64,000 bases of DNA, from contig CACYWW010000001.1 in assembly GCA_902778145.1 (NCBI GenBank), forward strand, positions 28,700 to 92,699. The letters are read 5' to 3'. The stretch comes from an uncultured Ruminococcus sp. GTDB lineage: Bacteria; Bacillota; Clostridia; Oscillospirales; CAG-272. Position 1 is the stretch's first letter; each line of letters starts with the position of its first letter. The notes beneath the pieces were generated by a model. The model had not been told where the DNA came from, searched no databases, and was given only the letters and a program-made list of their open reading frames with translations. The translations under genes and the position numbers were made by a program. Shown here in pieces: positions 60,377 to 64,000 of the stretch.

Positions 60377-61493
60377 GTGTAACAACAAATTCACCCGTGT
60401 TTATGTTTGCTATAATCAGCCTGTCCTCAAACATCTCGTCACCCTCGAAACGTGCCGTCGGCAATCCGAAATAGTCTCCGCAGACAAGCGGATGATTCAT
60501 ATCAGACGTGTTTCCGGTTATAAACTCATCCGTATGATAAAGCAGATGCGCGTCGGAGCCATCCGGATTTGCGACGTATACGTTCCCGCCGGTAGGGTCT
60601 TTTGTTACGTATCCGTTTTCATCAACGTGAGCGGCTCTCTGCTCATCCCGCGGCTCGGTTATGAAATACACCAGCTTATTTTCATAATAGAAGCACGGAC
60701 CAATGTCTTTTAAAATGCACGTTCTTTCGCTCTCGCCCGCAAAAGTGGCGTAAAGCGAATACAGCCTGCGTCCGTCTTCAGCAAACTCATATTCCATTTT
60801 GTAATAATTTCCGTATCTGTAACCGAAATCATACTCTTTATAATCGTCTCCGTGCAGATCTGTGCTGTAATAATCCTGTTTGCCCGGCAATTTCCATATA
60901 ATGCGGTCGTCCCGGATCATATAAATAATAAAATCCAAAGGCACGTATGAGTCGTTCAATTTTTCCGAGGCGCCTGTTTTTGTATCGTACCAGAAATAAT
61001 AACTTTTTATCCCGCATGAAAGATTCTCTGCAACACGTATCAAAAGTCCGTATTCATACGCGTAAACGCTCGTCATGTATGAGTCGGCGTTATCGAAAAC
61101 CTTTTTTGTTTCCGCGGTTTTCGTATCAAACGAATACAGGGTGCTTTTTCCCGTTTCATCATGCTTTAAATAATAAACGATATTGCCTATAGATGTAAAC
61201 ATTTCGGATCTTATACCGTAAAACTGACATTTGCCGCTTTCGTGATCGCAGAAAGGATCGGGGCAGACAAATGACATTTTACCGTCGTGTACGTTATATT
61301 TTACAGGTCTGCCCTGTGAATCTCTCGCAAATATATAATCGCCTTCGACTGTGCCATATTTATATGACTTATATCTTGTTGAAATGTTTTCTGCCTCTGT
61401 ACTTTCGCCCACAGTTGTCTGCGTTGAGGTAATGTTTGAACACGCACTAAGGACAAAAAGCAAAACAATAACAATCAGAGTAAGATTTTTCAC
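60369..61493 (-). CDS. Lipoprotein, beta-propeller-like (paralog A); GTG start
   Basis: Lipobox LSAC; CPDPFCDH; RBS AAAGGAG. Confidence 0.82.
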   Translation of the reverse strand: MKNLTLIVIVLLFVLSACSNITSTQTTVGESTEAENISTRYKSYKYGTVEGDYIFARDSQGRPVKYNVHDGKMSFVCPDPFCDHESGKCQFYGIRSEMFTSIGNIVYYLKHDETGKSTLYSFDTKTAETKKVFDNADSYMTSVYAYEYGLLIRVAENLSCGIKSYYFWYDTKTGASEKLNDSYVPLDFIIYMIRDDRIIWKLPGKQDYYSTDLHGDDYKEYDFGYRYGNYYKMEYEFAEDGRRLYSLYATFAGESERTCILKDIGPCFYYENKLVYFITEPRDEQRAAHVDENGYVTKDPTGGNVYVANPDGSDAHLLYHTDEFITGNTSDMNHPLVCGDYFGLPTARFEGDEMFEDRLIIANINTGEFVVTHE

Positions 61494-61510
61494 GTTTTTC
61501 TCCTTTGTAT

Positions 61511-61671
61511 GGATTGGTTGCTTTTTTGTAAGAGGGTAACGCAGCAACCGTATGCATTACCGACTTGTTTCTCTCCGGCACGTATTTTACCGTCTGTTCT
61601 TTCATTTCCGGACTGCATTTCACTTTTCCCATTTCCGTGATATCCTCCTTCTCTCATCTAATGCATATGAT
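61511..61671. repeat. ~161-bp direct repeat, copy 2
   Basis: See copy 1. Confidence 0.95.
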
Positions 61672-63123
61672 GGTCTTGCCGGAGTTTCCTTTATTTCCCG
61701 GTTTTACTTTTTTTATATCCCTTTTTTTCAGGATCATAAACACCGCAAACGACGACGCCGCGCATACCGCTGCGCCAATACCGACGCCGAGGAGGATCCA
61801 CGGGAGGACGCTCCTCTTTTCCGTTTTGACGCTTACGGGCTCCGTTCCGGAGGTGTCCGCCGGTCTCTCTGTCGTTTGTGCGGCCGTGCCGGTGTCCGAC
61901 GTTTCGGCGGTGTCGGTATCCGCGGCGGTCGTTATATCCTCCGTTTCATCCGGCACGCCGGATGTAGTGTCCGTGCTTTCCGTCACGGCGGGATCGTCCC
62001 AGACCGCGCGCATCACGGTATCCCTGTCGATCACCCGTTCGTCTCCGGGAGCGCCTGCGGCGTACTGCTCGCCCGTTGATGAGTCAAGCAGGACCCAGCC
62101 GGAGAAAACGAGTCCGCCCGGCGCTTTGAAGGCGCATTCAGGCATCGTATAACTCTCGTCGTTATCGACTGTGACCGGCTCCATGAAGCCCTCTCCGCCG
62201 TTCCCGTCAAAGCTGACCGTGACCGATCTGTCCTCAGCCGCCCGGACGATTATATCAAAGTCAGAGTCCGGAACGGTGAACGACACGTCGTATTCGTTGT
62301 TTTCGTGCTTCGTGACGGTCACGCCGTCCTTTATATCCTCGCCGCCGCACCTGAGGAAAACGTCTGTCAGGGCGTATCCCTCCCGCGGGACAACGGTCGC
62401 GGAAGCGAAGCCGCCGCCGGCAAAGCCGCGCGGGCCGTCAAACGCGGTCCCCTCAAGCTCGAACGACGCGATCAGATCTCCGTCGGGACAGATCCATGCT
62501 CCCGCGGCAACGGTCTTTGCGGTTTTGATGACCACGGTCCAAACGGCGTCCGGCGCCGTGACGTCGCAGTGATACGAACCGTCGCCGGAACTGACCGGAT
62601 ATATCTCTTCATCCTCTCCGTTATACCTGAGAAAAGCCGACGCCACGGAAAAACCGTCGACTACGGTAAACGCGAGGCTGACGTCCGTACCCGCGTCGAC
62701 GAACGCGCCGCCTTTTCGCGGTATCTCCTCTCCGTTCACCGAAAGCGAGGTGATCCTTTCGTCGTCCTCCGCGTCAGACCATCCGCAAACGGCGCTTTTC
62801 GCCCCCTTGGCGTACGTTTTTCCGTTGAACGTGATCTCGAACGTAACGGTCGCGAGGTATGTGTTCCCTCCGTCCGTCGTTGAATCGATGCAGACGGTAT
62901 GGACTCCGGGCTCGAGCGCGCGGTCGGTTATGTTGTCTCCGATCTCCGCCGGGACGTACTGGCCGTCAACACCGAGCCAGTATTGTTCGTTTCCGGGATA
63001 TTCGTTCCAGAAAACCTCGCCGTTCGCGGTGATCGACGCACCCGTTATCTTGTCCGCCGCGGCGGCGTTCACGACCGTGCACAGAAGTGCTGCGGCGATG
63101 ATGAGACAGAGTATCCTCTTCAT
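61654..63123 (-). CDS. Surface protein with InlB B-repeat-like domain
   Basis: Signal peptide; VSFDGNGGEG..FSGW..AVW; Thr-rich stalk; C-terminal TM. Confidence 0.8.
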   Translation of the reverse strand: MKRILCLIIAAALLCTVVNAAAADKITGASITANGEVFWNEYPGNEQYWLGVDGQYVPAEIGDNITDRALEPGVHTVCIDSTTDGGNTYLATVTFEITFNGKTYAKGAKSAVCGWSDAEDDERITSLSVNGEEIPRKGGAFVDAGTDVSLAFTVVDGFSVASAFLRYNGEDEEIYPVSSGDGSYHCDVTAPDAVWTVVIKTAKTVAAGAWICPDGDLIASFELEGTAFDGPRGFAGGGFASATVVPREGYALTDVFLRCGGEDIKDGVTVTKHENNEYDVSFTVPDSDFDIIVRAAEDRSVTVSFDGNGGEGFMEPVTVDNDESYTMPECAFKAPGGLVFSGWVLLDSSTGEQYAAGAPGDERVIDRDTVMRAVWDDPAVTESTDTTSGVPDETEDITTAADTDTAETSDTGTAAQTTERPADTSGTEPVSVKTEKRSVLPWILLGVGIGAAVCAASSFAVFMILKKRDIKKVKPGNKGNSGKTIICIR

Positions 63124-63137
63124 ATAACCTCCTTTGA

Positions 63138-64000
63138 TCAAAGGTCTTCAAACATCCTTGTTCCGTATTTCAACAGACATTTGCGGCACACCGCGGTCCC
63201 CGCGGCGAGCAGCACCGAGACGATCGTGAGATACACGGCGCCGTTGATGTAGCGGGAAAGGAACAGATACGGCAGCGCCGTGATTACGGCGAGCCCCCAG
63301 CTCCCGAGCAGACAGATCGTCACGGAGCGTCCCTGTTTTATCGGGATCATCTCGTTCGTCCAGTTCAGCTCAGGCATCTTCAGCCCTATGAGAAGACCGC
63401 CGTAAGATGTGAAAAGATAGAACAGCACCGGCATGACGGCGACGAGCAGCTTCAGAAGAAAGTTCCCTTCAAGGACCGCCGCGACGCTGACGGAGCAGAA
63501 TACGAGCGGCAGCATATATACGGACAAACCGAGCATGAGCTTGGCTCCGAGCACCTTTTCGGGCTTTACGGGAAGCGACTTCACGATCCAGAGGTTTTTC
63601 CCTTCAAGTGAAACTGAGACGGCGGAGATGCCGCTTCCCATCGAAGCCGTCATGGCGATTATCGCGCAAGCGAACACGGCGACGAGCCCCGGGTCTATAT
63701 CGAGCGTTTCGCGGATCCCGGTGAATATCGCTCTGCCGCGCCAGATGACGAGTCCGCCCAAAACGAGCAGGAACAAAGCCGCTATGCCCCAGTTGAGCAT
63801 ATACATCGGGCTTGAAAGGAATTTGTCAAGCTCACGGCGGTACAAAGCCTTCCCCTGACCCGCCGCCTTTACGGTTTTTTCACGGTATGCGATCTTTTTT
63901 GCCTTCGACGTCGCCGTCGTTATGCCGTAAAACGTCTTTCTGAGCAGCAGGAAAACAAGGAAGAACAAGACGCAGGCAGCAGCCGCGTATACGAGCATCG
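63138..64000 (-). CDS. ABC-2 type permease (3' part)
   Basis: Polytopic; SLEGKNLWIVKSLPV; start lies beyond the window. Confidence 0.8.
   Translation of the reverse strand, partial: MLVYAAAACVLFFLVFLLLRKTFYGITTATSKAKKIAYREKTVKAAGQGKALYRRELDKFLSSPMYMLNWGIAALFLLVLGGLVIWRGRAIFTGIRETLDIDPGLVAVFACAIIAMTASMGSGISAVSVSLEGKNLWIVKSLPVKPEKVLGAKLMLGLSVYMLPLVFCSVSVAAVLEGNFLLKLLVAVMPVLFYLFTSYGGLLIGLKMPELNWTNEMIPIKQGRSVTICLLGSWGLAVITALPYLFLSRYINGAVYLTIVSVLLAAGTAVCRKCLLKYGTRMFEDL

Overview
Clostridia-like (Firmicutes) DNA with almost every real gene on the minus strand. About 1-49430 looks like the right part of a large integrative mobile element. Read in transcription order (right to left) it carries: a 14-gene Wzx/Wzy polysaccharide locus with its own priming phosphoglycosyl transferase; a TIR protein; an ATL-WYL-LexA-sigma-like regulatory block; a long structured leader; and a >26 kb operon (parA, parB, spoVG, a Gram-positive Tad/Flp pilus, a secreted adhesin-like protein, a 2954-aa DarB-like methylase/helicase with a tnpV gene overprinted inside it, DUF3848 and DUF3991-Toprim). 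The element's end coincides with a break in a resident priming glycosyltransferase gene exactly at the catalytic SL|DELPQ motif. This suggests an element that disables the host's polysaccharide initiation and installs its own locus (a surface-glycan swap). 49430-64000 looks like host chromosome: DegT aminotransferase, secreted glycan-active proteins, and an ABC/lipoprotein module flanked by 161-bp direct repeats. No integrase, relaxase, T4SS, rRNA, tRNA or CRISPR array was seen in the window. All family calls come from motif recognition by eye, not database searches.
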